Part shown: in pieces, positions 11,181 through 21,153 of the stretch | Numbering within the stretch: position 1 is the stretch's first letter | Layout of the letters: the number at the start of each line of letters is the position of its first letter | Source of the DNA: an uncultured Gemmatimonadales bacterium | GTDB lineage: Bacteria > Gemmatimonadota > Gemmatimonadetes > Gemmatimonadales > GWC2-71-9 | DNA length: 64,000 bases | Reading direction: 5' to 3' | Assembly (NCBI GenBank): GCA_963798915.1 | Contig: CAWCVB010000006.1 | Span: 436,307-500,306, forward strand | Made by a program: the position numbers and the translations under genes | Notes under the pieces: generated by a model | The model's input: only the letters and a program-made list of their open reading frames with translations | Told to the model about the DNA's origin: nothing | Databases searched by the model: none

Positions 11181-11897
11181 GTGCCTACCGACCTCCTTGC
11201 CATCGCCGCCCACCGAGATGACGTCGAACTCACCTGCGGCGGCACGCTCATTCGTGCTATCGACCAGGGGTATACCGCCGGTATTCTCGACCTGACTGCC
11301 GGCGAAACCGGCACGCGCGGCAGTGCGGACCTCCGGGCCCGGGAGGCCGACGAAGCGGCGCGCGTGATGGGTGTCGCAGAGCGGCGGAATGCTGGGCTGC
11401 CCGATGCGCATCTCGCGAACACCGATGCCATGAGGCGCGTGGTGGTCGAGGCGATCCGCCATTTTCAGCCTCGCACCGTGATCCTCCCCTTCCCCGTCGG
11501 CCGGCACCCTGACCACCGGGTGGCCTCCGACCTGGCGCGCGACGCGTGCTTCCTCGCCGGACTCGGGAAGTACGATGCCGACGGGGAGCCCCACCGGCCG
11601 GACAAGATTCTCTATGCGCTCGCCTATCGGGAAGACCCGGTCAAGCCAACGTTCGTCGTCGATATCAGTGAGCAATTCGACCGAAAACTGCAGGCCATCC
11701 GGTGCTACGCGAGCCAGTTCGATGGAGCGCTGGCCGCCGGCGAGATCTTCCCCACCGGTCAAGACCTCTACTCTCTGGTGGACACTCAGTGCCGCCACTA
11801 CGGGTCACTGATCCGGCGGCCTCATGGCGAACCGTTCTTCACGCATGAGACGATGCTGGTCGATGATGTGGTGGCATTGGGCGTGAGAAGCATGTAG
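11181..11897 (+). CDS. bshB1: Bacillithiol biosynthesis deacetylase BshB1 (PIG-L family)
   Basis: AHRDDVELTCGGT, DLTAGETGTRGS, RHPDH, FLAGL. Confidence 0.85.
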   Translation: MPTDLLAIAAHRDDVELTCGGTLIRAIDQGYTAGILDLTAGETGTRGSADLRAREADEAARVMGVAERRNAGLPDAHLANTDAMRRVVVEAIRHFQPRTVILPFPVGRHPDHRVASDLARDACFLAGLGKYDADGEPHRPDKILYALAYREDPVKPTFVVDISEQFDRKLQAIRCYASQFDGALAAGEIFPTGQDLYSLVDTQCRHYGSLIRRPHGEPFFTHETMLVDDVVALGVRSM

Positions 11898-11900
11898 GAG

Positions 11901-11950
11901 GGTCATCGGCCATCAGTCATCAGACGGCCGAACATTGATGGCCGACGACC
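11901..11950. repeat. Inverted repeat built from 7-nt units (GYCATCR)
   Basis: GGTCATCGGCCATCA (11901-11915) pairs with TGATGGCCGACGACC (11936-11950), one mismatch. Confidence 0.75.
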
Positions 11951-11986
11951 TATCTCGATGGCCCGTCACGAGTTATCTTCTACGCT

Positions 11987-13162
11987 ATGGCCAAGAGCAT
12001 CTATCTCGACTACGCCGCCACGACTCCGGTGCGTCCGGAGGTATTGGAGGCGATGCTGCCGTATCTCGGTCGTGAGACCTTCGGTAATCCGTCCAGCGGC
12101 CACCGCTTCGGTCGCGCTGCCCGGGCGGGCCTGGAGCAGGCCCGCCGTGAAGTGGCCGCGGCGGTTGAGGCCGAGCCAAGCCAGGTCATCTTCACCTCGG
12201 GTGGCACGGAAGCGGACAACCTCGCCGTGATCGGCTCGGCGCTGGCAGCCCGGGACCGTGGCGACCCGATGACGGTGTGCGTATCGGCCATCGAGCATAA
12301 GGCCATCCTCGCCGCCGCACATCATGTCGCTCACCTGGGCGGGACAGAAATCATTCTGCCGGTGGGCTCGGACGGCATACTCGAGCCGGAGCCACTGGCG
12401 CGGGCACTGGACGAACGGCCTGCTGTCGTCTCTGTCATGTGGGTCAACAACGAGACCGGCGTCATCCAGCCCATCCCGGACATTGCAGCGCGATGCTGTG
12501 CCGCCGGCGCCCGGCTCCACACCGACGCCGTGCAGGCGTTCGGCAAGATCCCGGTGTCGCTGAAGGATGCCGATTGCGCCTTCCTGACCATCTCCGGGCA
12601 CAAGATTGGCGCACCCAAGGGCATCGGCGCCTTTGTGGTTCGCGAGCGAAGGACGGTGGAGGCAATCATTCACGGGGGCGGCCAGCAGTTCGGCATCCGC
12701 CCGGGCACGGAGAACGTGGCCGGCGCGGTTGCGCTCGCCACCGCGGCCCGCCTGGCGGTGGCCGAGATGGACGAGGAACGTCGTCGCCTCACCAGGCTGC
12801 GGGACGGCCTGCTCGCGCGGCTGCGAGCCGCCGTGCCGGACCTGATGGTCCCCGCCGAGCATGGTCCGCGTGCCGCCCACATCCTCTCGGTCTGCGTGCC
12901 CGGCGCTGACAGCGAGGCGCTGCTGATGCACCTGGACCTGGCCGGTGTGGCGGTCTCCGGCGGAAGTGCCTGCTCCACCGGTGCCATCGAGCCGTCGCAT
13001 GTGCTCGTGGCGCTTGGCGTTCCCCGCGAGCTTGCCCTCGGCGCCATCCGCTTCAGTTTTGGTCATGATACGACGGACGCTGATGTTGACCAGGCCGCCG
13101 CCGTGTTCCCGAGCGTGGTTGCCAAGGTCCGAAAGCTGGCGGGAGTGCTGGGACGTGCGTAG
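11987..13162 (+). CDS. Cysteine desulfurase (IscS/NifS family)
   Basis: [26 protein letters not shown] lysine in SGHK, catalytic SGGSAC. Confidence 0.93.
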   Translation: MAKSIYLDYAATTPVRPEVLEAMLPYLGRETFGNPSSGHRFGRAARAGLEQARREVAAAVEAEPSQVIFTSGGTEADNLAVIGSALAARDRGDPMTVCVSAIEHKAILAAAHHVAHLGGTEIILPVGSDGILEPEPLARALDERPAVVSVMWVNNETGVIQPIPDIAARCCAAGARLHTDAVQAFGKIPVSLKDADCAFLTISGHKIGAPKGIGAFVVRERRTVEAIIHGGGQQFGIRPGTENVAGAVALATAARLAVAEMDEERRRLTRLRDGLLARLRAAVPDLMVPAEHGPRAAHILSVCVPGADSEALLMHLDLAGVAVSGGSACSTGAIEPSHVLVALGVPRELALGAIRFSFGHDTTDADVDQAAAVFPSVVAKVRKLAGVLGRA

Positions 13163-14213
13163 CAAGGTGCTGGTCGCCATGAGCGGCGGCGTTGACAGCT
13201 CGGTCGCGGCAGCGCGCCTGGTGGACGAGGGTCATGACGTCATCGGCGCCACCATGAAGCTGTTCTGCTACGGTGACTCGGTGCCGGATCGCCCCTGCTG
13301 CTCGCTCGATTCCATCAACGATGCGCGCGACGTGGCGCATCGACTGGGCATTCCGCACTACGTGCTCAACCTCGAGGATCGGTTTGGCCAGGACGTCATC
13401 GGCAATTTCGTGGCCGAGTACAGCCGTGGCCGAACCCCGATTCCCTGCGTCCGCTGCAACTCCTTCACCAAGTTTCGTGACCTGCTGGCCCACGCTGATG
13501 CACTCGGATGCGACGCGATCGCCACGGGCCATTACGCGATTGCCCGCGAGGGTGCGCTCTACCGCGGAGCGGATCGCGGGAAGGACCAGAGCTATTTCCT
13601 CTGGGGCATTGATCGGGCGGTAGTGGCGCGGATGCTGACGCCGGTGGGTGGCCTGGACAAAGCCGAGACCCGGGCGCTTGCCCGGCGACTTGGCCTCGGA
13701 ACCGCCGATAAGCCGGAATCAGTGGAAATCTGCTTCGTGCCCGACGACAACTACATTGCCGTGCTCGAGGATCATCTGCCGGCGAATGCGCCGGCGCTCG
13801 CACCCGGACCGCTGGTCACGACGTCCGGCGACGTCATTGGTGAGCACCGGGGATTCGCCCGGTTCACCATCGGGCAGCGTCGCGGCCTGCCAGGCGGTGC
13901 GGCAGACCCGCGTTATGTCGTGGCGATCCGTCCGGCAACGCGGGAGGTGGTGGTGGGCGGGCTGGACGAGCTGGCGGGCTGGACGGTGACCCTGGACGAG
14001 GTGAACTGGCTGGCCGGACCGCTGCGCAACGGGGACACCTGCCTCGTGCAGGTTCGTTATCGCGCCCGAGCTGTGCCGGCGCGCGTGGAGTCCACCGACC
14101 ACGGCCAGGTGGCGCTTTCGTTGCTGGAGCCGGTTCGTGCCATAGCGCCCGGTCAGTCGGGCGTGCTCTACGACACCGACGACCGGGTGCTCGGCGGCGG
14201 GGTCATCGCATGA
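13155..14213 (+). CDS. mnmA: tRNA 2-thiouridylase MnmA
   Basis: [43 protein letters not shown]. Confidence 0.95.
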   Translation: MRSKVLVAMSGGVDSSVAAARLVDEGHDVIGATMKLFCYGDSVPDRPCCSLDSINDARDVAHRLGIPHYVLNLEDRFGQDVIGNFVAEYSRGRTPIPCVRCNSFTKFRDLLAHADALGCDAIATGHYAIAREGALYRGADRGKDQSYFLWGIDRAVVARMLTPVGGLDKAETRALARRLGLGTADKPESVEICFVPDDNYIAVLEDHLPANAPALAPGPLVTTSGDVIGEHRGFARFTIGQRRGLPGGAADPRYVVAIRPATREVVVGGLDELAGWTVTLDEVNWLAGPLRNGDTCLVQVRYRARAVPARVESTDHGQVALSLLEPVRAIAPGQSGVLYDTDDRVLGGGVIA

Positions 14214-14253
14214 AGTACTGGGCAAGGACAATGCTCGCATTGGTGGGGGATCA

Positions 14254-16272
14254 ATGAGCTGGCGATCGGTCCAGCTCCTCTTGCTTGTGGCCCTGGCTTG
14301 GCCAACAACAGCTGCGGCACAGCGCAAGGCGATGAGCATCGACGACTTCCTGTCGCTTCGCAGTGCCAGCGACCCGCACATCTCCCCCGACGGACGCTGG
14401 GTGGCCTTTACGGTCTCGCAGCCCGCACTCGATCGCAATGGCAACGTCACTCGCATCTGGGTCGTGGGCACATCGGGTGGTGACGCCCGACAAGTGACCG
14501 ATGGTGCCGGGATAGAATGGTCGCCCCGCTGGTCGCCCGACGGGACGGCGCTCGCGTTTGTCTCGACGCGCCAAGGCGGTGCCCAGATCTGGCGTGCCGG
14601 TCCCATGGGCGAGGACCCCAGGAAGCTCACTACCATCGCCAGCGGGGTATCCGATTTTCAGTGGTCGCCCGACGGCCGCTCGATCTACCTGACCAGCGAT
14701 ATCAAGTGGCCTGGCGTTCAGGAAGTCGATCGGCGCAACGGCGCCTATCCGACCGACGCACGCATCTGGGATCAGCTGCTCTACCGCCATTGGGACGAAT
14801 GGCGCACTGGCACGCGGTCCCACCTGTTCCGGCTCGCTCTCGGCAATGGCCGCGTTCTCGATGTGACCCCGATCGATCGGGATGTCCCACCGATCGCGCT
14901 CGGGGGCCATGACATCGCGCTCTCGGCCCTGGGAACCGAGGTCGCCATCGTCTACAATCCGGACTCGATGGTAGCGACATCCACCAACAACGATGTATGG
15001 GTCATGGGACCGGACGGCAGTTCGCGACAGGCGGTGACAACCAATCCGGCCAATGATCACAGTCCGGCCTACTCCCCCGATGGGCGGTGGCTCGCCTATC
15101 TGGCGCAGAGCATTCCGGGCTTCGAGTCGGACCGCACCCGCATCATGCTGTACGAGCGCGCCAACGGCCGGCACCAGGCGCTGACTGACAACTGGGACCG
15201 CAGCGTCGGGGCCATTCACTGGACGCCCGACAGTCGCACCATCGTCGCCGAGACGCAGGAGGCCGGCGAAGGCAGGATCTTCGGTGTCAACACCGAGAGC
15301 GGGCGCCCTTCCCTCCTGGTATCAGGCGGAGTGAACAGTCAAGTGGATGTCTCACCGGACGGCACCTTCTTCGTGTTTGTGCGCCAGACAAGCGCCACGC
15401 CCCCGGAGATCTGGCGGGCTGACATGAGCGGCCGCGGACTACGGCAACTCTCGCACCTCAACGACCGCGCGATTGCCGAGTTTTCGCTCCAGCCTGCGGA
15501 GTCGTTCCGGTTCCAGGGTGCCCAGGGTGACCAGGTGGCTGGATGGATCATCAAGCCGCCCGGCTTCGACCCCTCCAAGCGGTATCCGCTGCTCTACCTG
15601 GTGCATGGCGGGCCCCAGGGCGCGTGGCTCGACGAATGGAATCCGCGCTGGAACTACCAGATGTTTGCTGCCCGAGGCTACGTCGTCGCGGCCGTGAACT
15701 TTCATGGCTCGACCGGCTACGGGCAGAGCTTCACCAACAGCATCTCGCGCAACTGGGGCGGACTGCCGTACGAGGACCTGATGGCAGGGCTGGATTACAT
15801 GGCGCGTCAGCCCTATGTCGATTCCCTGCGCATGGGTGCCGCCGGCGCGTCATACGGTGGCTACATGATCTACTGGATGGCGGGACATACCAGCCGGTTC
15901 AAGGCGCTGCTGGCGCATGATGGCGTTTTCAACCCCCTGGCCATGGCGGGATCGACCGACGAACTCTGGTTTCCCGACTGGGAGTTTGGCGGGAGCCTGC
16001 TCTCCGGAACCGGCAGGAGCACCATGGAAAAATGGTCCCCGGCCAACTACGTGACTCGGTGGTCAACACCCATGCTCATCGTCCACAGTCAGCTGGATTA
16101 CCGGCTGGACCTCTCTGAGGGGTTACAGGCGTTCACCGCGCTCCGGCTCCGTGGCGTGCCGGCAAAGTTTCTCTACTTCCCCGATGAAGGGCACTGGGTG
16201 ACGAAGCCGCGCAACCGCCGGCTCTGGTGGGGAGTAACGCTGGACTGGTTTGATCGGTGGCTGAAGGGCTGA
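14254..16272 (+). CDS. S9 family peptidase (secreted)
   Basis: Signal peptide, WSPDG propeller repeats, HGGP, GASYGG nucleophile elbow, FPDEGH. Confidence 0.93.
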   Translation: MSWRSVQLLLLVALAWPTTAAAQRKAMSIDDFLSLRSASDPHISPDGRWVAFTVSQPALDRNGNVTRIWVVGTSGGDARQVTDGAGIEWSPRWSPDGTALAFVSTRQGGAQIWRAGPMGEDPRKLTTIASGVSDFQWSPDGRSIYLTSDIKWPGVQEVDRRNGAYPTDARIWDQLLYRHWDEWRTGTRSHLFRLALGNGRVLDVTPIDRDVPPIALGGHDIALSALGTEVAIVYNPDSMVATSTNNDVWVMGPDGSSRQAVTTNPANDHSPAYSPDGRWLAYLAQSIPGFESDRTRIMLYERANGRHQALTDNWDRSVGAIHWTPDSRTIVAETQEAGEGRIFGVNTESGRPSLLVSGGVNSQVDVSPDGTFFVFVRQTSATPPEIWRADMSGRGLRQLSHLNDRAIAEFSLQPAESFRFQGAQGDQVAGWIIKPPGFDPSKRYPLLYLVHGGPQGAWLDEWNPRWNYQMFAARGYVVAAVNFHGSTGYGQSFTNSISRNWGGLPYEDLMAGLDYMARQPYVDSLRMGAAGASYGGYMIYWMAGHTSRFKALLAHDGVFNPLAMAGSTDELWFPDWEFGGSLLSGTGRSTMEKWSPANYVTRWSTPMLIVHSQLDYRLDLSEGLQAFTALRLRGVPAKFLYFPDEGHWVTKPRNRRLWWGVTLDWFDRWLKG

Positions 16273-16343
16273 AAGCTGAGGGCAGAAAACTGAGAGCCGC
16301 ATACTGATGATGCGTTTACCGTTCGGGCTTCCGCATTCAGCGC
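16260..16343. repeat. Degenerate 7-nt tandem repeat (GCTGARR) with a weak inverted arm between convergent genes
   Basis: GCTGAAA GCTGAGG GCAGAAA ACTGAGA ... TTCGGGC TTCCGCA TTCAGCG. Confidence 0.55.
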
Positions 16344-17426
16344 TTAATTCCCCATCCCAGCTTTCTCCGCAAACACCTTCAGCGCGTCTTCAGCTTCGGG
16401 GGAAAGCTTCTCCGGCAAGGAGACGGCGATCTCCACGAGCTGGTCACCCTTGCGGCCATTTTTCTCGATGCCCTGACCCTTCATGCGGAATTTCCGTCCC
16501 GGCTGTGTGCCGGCCGGAACGCGGAGGATCACCTTCTTGCCGTCCAGGGTGCGCACCTTGAGTCGGGTGCCCAAGGTGGCCTGTACCATGTTGATGGGAA
16601 CTTCGCAGAGAATATCCAGTCCATCGCGATGGAAGAATCGATCGGGCTGCACCTGGAACGTGATGACCAGGTCACCGGCCGGCGCTCCGCCGGGTCCCGC
16701 CTCGCCCTGCCCCTTGAGCCGCACCTTGGAGCCCGACTCGGTCGCCGATGGAACGGTGATCATGATGCGACGCTCGGTGCGGACTTCGCCTGCGCCGTGA
16801 CATGTGGGGCATGGGGTGGAGGGGATCTTGCCCCGGCCCCGGCAGCGCGGACAGGGCCTGTTTACGGTGAAGCTGCCCTGCCCAAAGGCGATGGTGCCGC
16901 GGCCGTGGCACTCAGGACAGGTCGAGACCGTGGCACCGGGTGCCGCGCCACTCCCATGGCAGGTGGGGCACGATTCCGTGACCGGCAGGGTGACCGGGAC
17001 CTTGCCGCCCATCGCAGCCACCCGAAACGGAATTTCCACGACCGCCTCGAGGCTGTCGCCCCGCGCCTGCTGCTGGCGGCCACGGCCAAAGATCGAACTG
17101 AAGATGTCGCCGAGTCCGAAGCCGCTGATGTCGTTGAAGTCGAACTCCGGGCCCGGCTGGCCGGCGGTGCCGGCGGTGCCACCACGCCGTGGCCCCTGCT
17201 CGAAGGCGCCGAGGCGCCGCATCTGGTCGTACTGCTTCCGCTTGTCGGCGTCCGACAGTGTCGCATGTGCCTCGGATATTTCCTTGAAGCGTTCCGAGGC
17301 CTGCGGATTATCGGGATTGGCATCCGGATGGTACTGCTTGGCCAGTCGGCGATAGGCCTTCTTGATGTCAGCAGCGCTCGCCGAGTCGGGCACGCCGAGC
17401 ACCTGGTAGAAGTCCTTTGCAGCCAC
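16344..17426 (-). CDS. dnaJ: Chaperone DnaJ
   Basis: J domain with HPD, G/F region, four CxxCxGxG motifs; GTG start inferred. Confidence 0.95.
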   Translation of the reverse strand: MAAKDFYQVLGVPDSASAADIKKAYRRLAKQYHPDANPDNPQASERFKEISEAHATLSDADKRKQYDQMRRLGAFEQGPRRGGTAGTAGQPGPEFDFNDISGFGLGDIFSSIFGRGRQQQARGDSLEAVVEIPFRVAAMGGKVPVTLPVTESCPTCHGSGAAPGATVSTCPECHGRGTIAFGQGSFTVNRPCPRCRGRGKIPSTPCPTCHGAGEVRTERRIMITVPSATESGSKVRLKGQGEAGPGGAPAGDLVITFQVQPDRFFHRDGLDILCEVPINMVQATLGTRLKVRTLDGKKVILRVPAGTQPGRKFRMKGQGIEKNGRKGDQLVEIAVSLPEKLSPEAEDALKVFAEKAGMGN

Positions 17427-17427
17427 G

Positions 17428-17982
17428 TCAGTCCGGCTCCTGCTCCGAATAAACCTGTACTCGCGCGGGCCGGACCAGCGTTCCCTTGAAGAGATAGCCG
17501 GGCTGGAAGGTGGCGCTGACCAGGTGGGCCTGGTCGGGCGCCGGCGCTGGCGTGGTCGAGACGGCTTCATGCACGGCGGGATTGAAGGCCTGCCCCGCGG
17601 GATCGACCCGCTCGACGCCAGCCGCCTCGAGCTCCTTGCGGAGCTTGCGGTCGATCAGGGTCGCCGCATCGCGAAAGCTCTCCGCCGAGGCTTGATTGTC
17701 GGTTGCCACCAGCCGGTCGAGATCATCAAGCACGTCGAGCAGGCGGCCGATGAACGTCGCCTGGGCCCGATCGAACAATTCGGTCCGCTCGCGCGCAATC
17801 CGCTTCTTGTAATTGTCGAATTCTGCCGCCAGGCGGAGATGACGATCGCGGGCGGCGCCGAGCTCGCGCTCCATGCGCTGCACGGCCTGTTCCGGCGGCT
17901 CGACAGGCAGATTGCTGCCTTCTGCCTCGCGCTCGTCGGCGGTGGCGGCCCGGGCCTGGTCGGTTCTGGGATCGTCCTGCAC
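17428..17982 (-). CDS. grpE: Nucleotide exchange factor GrpE
   Basis: LRLAAEFDNYKKR, FNPAVHEA, GYLFKGTLVRPARV; SD GAGGAG before GTG. Confidence 0.93.
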   Translation of the reverse strand: MQDDPRTDQARAATADEREAEGSNLPVEPPEQAVQRMERELGAARDRHLRLAAEFDNYKKRIARERTELFDRAQATFIGRLLDVLDDLDRLVATDNQASAESFRDAATLIDRKLRKELEAAGVERVDPAGQAFNPAVHEAVSTTPAPAPDQAHLVSATFQPGYLFKGTLVRPARVQVYSEQEPD

Positions 17983-18004
17983 GATGCTCCTCGTGGTTAT
18001 GCTG

Positions 18005-19294
18005 TCACTGCAAGATAACAGCGCCCCGGCTGCCACCCGCGGCCTCACGGTTCTCCAGGCGCTGGCGCAGCAGCCGCAGCCCCGCCTGCGCCGCACGCGC
18101 GCGGATCTCGACGCGCGACCCGCCGAACATCATCCTGCTCGTCTCGGTCCCACCCGCCGCGCTGGTGGCAAACCAGACCGTCCCGACTGGCTTGTCGGCC
18201 GTCCCTCCGGCAGGGCCGGCGATGCCGGTTATGGAGACGGCCAAGCCGGCGCCAAAGTTTCGCCGTGCTCCCTCTGCCATGGCACGCGCCACCGCTTCGC
18301 TCACGGCACCTTCAGTCTCGAGCAGCGCCGGCGGCACGCCCAGCGCGGTTTCCTTGACCTGGTTCGCGTAGGCCACCACTCCGCCGACGAAGACGTCAGA
18401 TGCGCCCGGGACGGCCGTGAGTCGGGCGCCCAGCAACCCGCCGGTGCAGGATTCGGCGACCGCGAGGCGGATGCCCTTCTCGCGAGCCATCTCGAGGACC
18501 GAAGCGGCCAGGTCAGCCTCGTCCTCGCCATAGACGGCGCTGGCAACTCGCTTGCGCAGGTCCGCCATTGCGGCGGCCAACCTGGCCGTCGCGTCATGCG
18601 CCGGGAGGTTCCATGCGGTCACCCGCAAGTCCACGCCATCGGCACCGGGCAGGTACGCCAGGGTGAGGGGCGCAATCGATTCCTCGATGGGCCCGACCGC
18701 TTCGGCGAGGGTACTCTCGGGTACCCCGGTGGTGCGAAGCGTGCGGCTCCGCACTACGACATCCCCCGCCAGCCGGCGCAGCCTGGGCAGGACCTCGTGC
18801 TCGAGCAGCATCCGCATCTCGAGCGGGACACCCGGAAGCATGATGACCAGTCCACCGCCGGCCAGCGGCGGCACCTCGAGCCACAGGCCCGGCGCGGTGC
18901 CCCAGCGATTGGGCAGCACCGTGGCGCCGGCGGGCACCTCCGCCTGCGAGCGGTTCGATTCGGCCGGCACCCGCCCGAAATGGCGGTAGCGCGCCTGCAC
19001 CTGCTCCCACGCTTCCTCGTCGAACCGGAGCGGCAGGCCGAGGCGAGCGGCGACGGCGGTCTTGGTCATGTCGTCGCGGGTCGGCCCCAGTCCGCCGGTC
19101 GTAAGGACAGCCCCGGTTCGCCTGAGCGCGTCCACCACTTCCTCCGCGATAGCGTCGGCGTCATCCCCGACCGTGGAGCGATGCACCACGCGAACGCCGG
19201 CCGCAGCCAGGGCGCGGGACACCTCGACCGCGTTGGTGTCCGGCACCTGGCCCAGCAGGAGTTCATTGCCGATGGTCAGCAGTTCGATACGCAC
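18005..19294 (-). CDS. cinA: Competence/damage-inducible protein CinA (MoCF-like domain plus NMN deamidase)
   Basis: IGNELLLG, TGGLGPTRDD, LPGVP, AESCTGG, GAVS, ITGIAGP. Confidence 0.93.
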   Translation of the reverse strand: MRIELLTIGNELLLGQVPDTNAVEVSRALAAAGVRVVHRSTVGDDADAIAEEVVDALRRTGAVLTTGGLGPTRDDMTKTAVAARLGLPLRFDEEAWEQVQARYRHFGRVPAESNRSQAEVPAGATVLPNRWGTAPGLWLEVPPLAGGGLVIMLPGVPLEMRMLLEHEVLPRLRRLAGDVVVRSRTLRTTGVPESTLAEAVGPIEESIAPLTLAYLPGADGVDLRVTAWNLPAHDATARLAAAMADLRKRVASAVYGEDEADLAASVLEMAREKGIRLAVAESCTGGLLGARLTAVPGASDVFVGGVVAYANQVKETALGVPPALLETEGAVSEAVARAMAEGARRNFGAGLAVSITGIAGPAGGTADKPVGTVWFATSAAGGTETSRMMFGGSRVEIRARAAQAGLRLLRQRLENREAAGGSRGAVILQ

Positions 19295-19312
19295 GGAGCT
19301 TCCGGGAGCCGC

Positions 19313-19945
19313 TCAGCGCTGCGACAACAGGCGCCGATAGCGATAGATGTAGACGAGAAAGGAGTAGATGGTGAGCGCGGTGGCGATGGCCAGGACGATC
19401 GTGACAAAAGTGCCATGGAAGGTGTTCCAGAAGTCAGCCAGCCGACTGTGGTCCCAGCCGAGCGGCCGACGGGCATCGCGAAAGGCAAACCAGAGAATGA
19501 TGGCGCCGACGAAGATGTTCTGGAATACCGTCTTCAGCTTGCCCGCGTTTCCCGCCGGAATGACCACACCGCGGCGCTTGGCCCACCAGCGAAACCCGGT
19601 CATGGCGAGTTCCCGGCCGATGAGCAGGACGCACACCCACAGGGGAATGCTGCCCCAGATGGGGATGTCGTAGAGATCGTGCCGCTGGCGCGAGATGAAG
19701 TAGATGGGGATCAGGGTCGCAAAGAGGAGCAGCTTGTCGGCAATGGGATCGAGCAGCTTGCCCAGGTCGGTCACCTGGTTCCACCGCCTGGCCAGGTAGC
19801 CGTCGAAGAGGTCGCTGATGGCCGCAAGGATGAAGATGATGAAGCAGGTCACCTTGGGCCAGTAGCCCTCGATGAACGGCAGCAGCGCGATCACCGGCGT
19901 GAAGCAGATGCGGACGATCGTGATGATGTTCGGTAGCGTCCACAT
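19313..19945 (-). CDS. pgsA: CDP-alcohol phosphatidyltransferase (PgsA-like)
   Basis: LPNIITIVR, DLFDGYLARR...GKLLDPIADK, GKLKT. Confidence 0.85.
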   Translation of the reverse strand: MWTLPNIITIVRICFTPVIALLPFIEGYWPKVTCFIIFILAAISDLFDGYLARRWNQVTDLGKLLDPIADKLLLFATLIPIYFISRQRHDLYDIPIWGSIPLWVCVLLIGRELAMTGFRWWAKRRGVVIPAGNAGKLKTVFQNIFVGAIILWFAFRDARRPLGWDHSRLADFWNTFHGTFVTIVLAIATALTIYSFLVYIYRYRRLLSQR

Positions 19946-19953
19946 GACGCAGC

Positions 19954-20628
19954 CTACCCCAGCGTCTTGACGACGCTCTTGCTGATGGCCTTGAGCGTGT
20001 CAAAGACACCCTCGCCGCTGGCGGCGACGGCCTCGAAGAACGGCGCCCGCTCGATCCACTGGCCGTCCTGCTGCCAGACCAGGTATTCGCCGGGGTGCTC
20101 CGAATCGGCCAGGAGCCGCTGCCGGGCCGGGTCCTCGACTGGCCAGCCCGGATTGAGCGCCGCCTGCAGTTCTTCGACCGGGGCAGCATTGGGCAGGTCC
20201 CGCTTGTTGTACTGCACCACGAAGGGAAGTCTGGTGAGGTCGTACCCATGCTGGGTCATATTGTCATAGAGGTTCTGCATCGCTTCGATGTTGGCCTCCA
20301 TCCGCTCGAGCTGGCTGTCGGCCACAAAGACGACGCCGTCCACGCCCTTCAGGATCAGCTTGCGTGAGGCGTTGTAATACACCTGACCCGGGACGGTGTA
20401 CAGGTGGAACTTCACCTTGAAGCCGCGAATGGTGCCCAGGTCCACCGGCAGGAAGTCGAAGAAGAGCGTCCGCTCGGTCTCGGTGGCCAGGGAAATCATC
20501 TTCCCGCGCGCGCCCGGCGCCACCTTGTTGTAGACGAATTCGAGATTGGTCGTCTTGCCACCCAGGCCCGGTCCGTAGTAGACCAGCTTGCAGTTGATCT
20601 CACGGGAGGCGTAGTTGATCATGGACAT
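19954..20628 (-). CDS. mglA: MglA small GTPase
   Basis: [43 protein letters not shown]. Confidence 0.95.
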   Translation of the reverse strand: MSMINYASREINCKLVYYGPGLGGKTTNLEFVYNKVAPGARGKMISLATETERTLFFDFLPVDLGTIRGFKVKFHLYTVPGQVYYNASRKLILKGVDGVVFVADSQLERMEANIEAMQNLYDNMTQHGYDLTRLPFVVQYNKRDLPNAAPVEELQAALNPGWPVEDPARQRLLADSEHPGEYLVWQQDGQWIERAPFFEAVAASGEGVFDTLKAISKSVVKTLG

Positions 20629-20643
20629 GCGTCGCGTGTCCCC

Positions 20644-21141
20644 TCAGGCCCCGAAAAGCCGGTCAATTTCGTCTTCCGCATCGCCCAGGAAACCGCTCTC
20701 CACGCGGGGCGAGGCCGCACTGTCTTCCGCACGGCTGAACATCTCGGTGAACACCGTATTGAGCTGGGTGACCGCGTGGCGCACCCGCAACTTGACCAGG
20801 CCAAGGGTGGTGCTGTTATCGAAGAGCACGACCAGGATGACACGCCGTGCAATGTCCGCGAGGTACATGGACTCGCGCTCGCCCTGATGGAACAGGGCGC
20901 CAAATTCCGGCTCGCCCAGCATGCGCGCCAACTGATCGTTGGCGCTGAAGTCCGCGGCCGTGAGCGAGGCAAACGCCGTCGGATCGAACTGCACCGGCTC
21001 GCCAACCGTGGCGACCAGCTGCCCGGTCCGGTCGACGATCAGCGCCGTGCGCGCGCTGGCGTCGCCAAGGAAGCCGTTCAGGATCTCGTCAATACGGCGT
21101 GAATCGTCTTCACTGAATGACCAGCTTGAAGCACCAGGCAT
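20644..21141 (-). CDS. mglB: MglB roadblock/LC7 GTPase-activating protein
   Basis: LIVDRTGQ, FASLTAADF, LFHQGE, LGLVKLR, acidic tail EDEIDRLF; adjacent to mglA. Confidence 0.93.
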   Translation of the reverse strand: MPGASSWSFSEDDSRRIDEILNGFLGDASARTALIVDRTGQLVATVGEPVQFDPTAFASLTAADFSANDQLARMLGEPEFGALFHQGERESMYLADIARRVILVVLFDNSTTLGLVKLRVRHAVTQLNTVFTEMFSRAEDSAASPRVESGFLGDAEDEIDRLFGA

Positions 21142-21153
21142 GCACGCCCGCCC

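Noticed and set aside
17873..19936. Long antisense ORFs (e.g. 17873-19936, 37832-39325, 41873-43285) and 5' extensions of murQ, pyk and dnaX
   Set aside because: These are shadow frames typical of high-GC DNA, lying opposite well-supported genes and lacking recognisable motifs.
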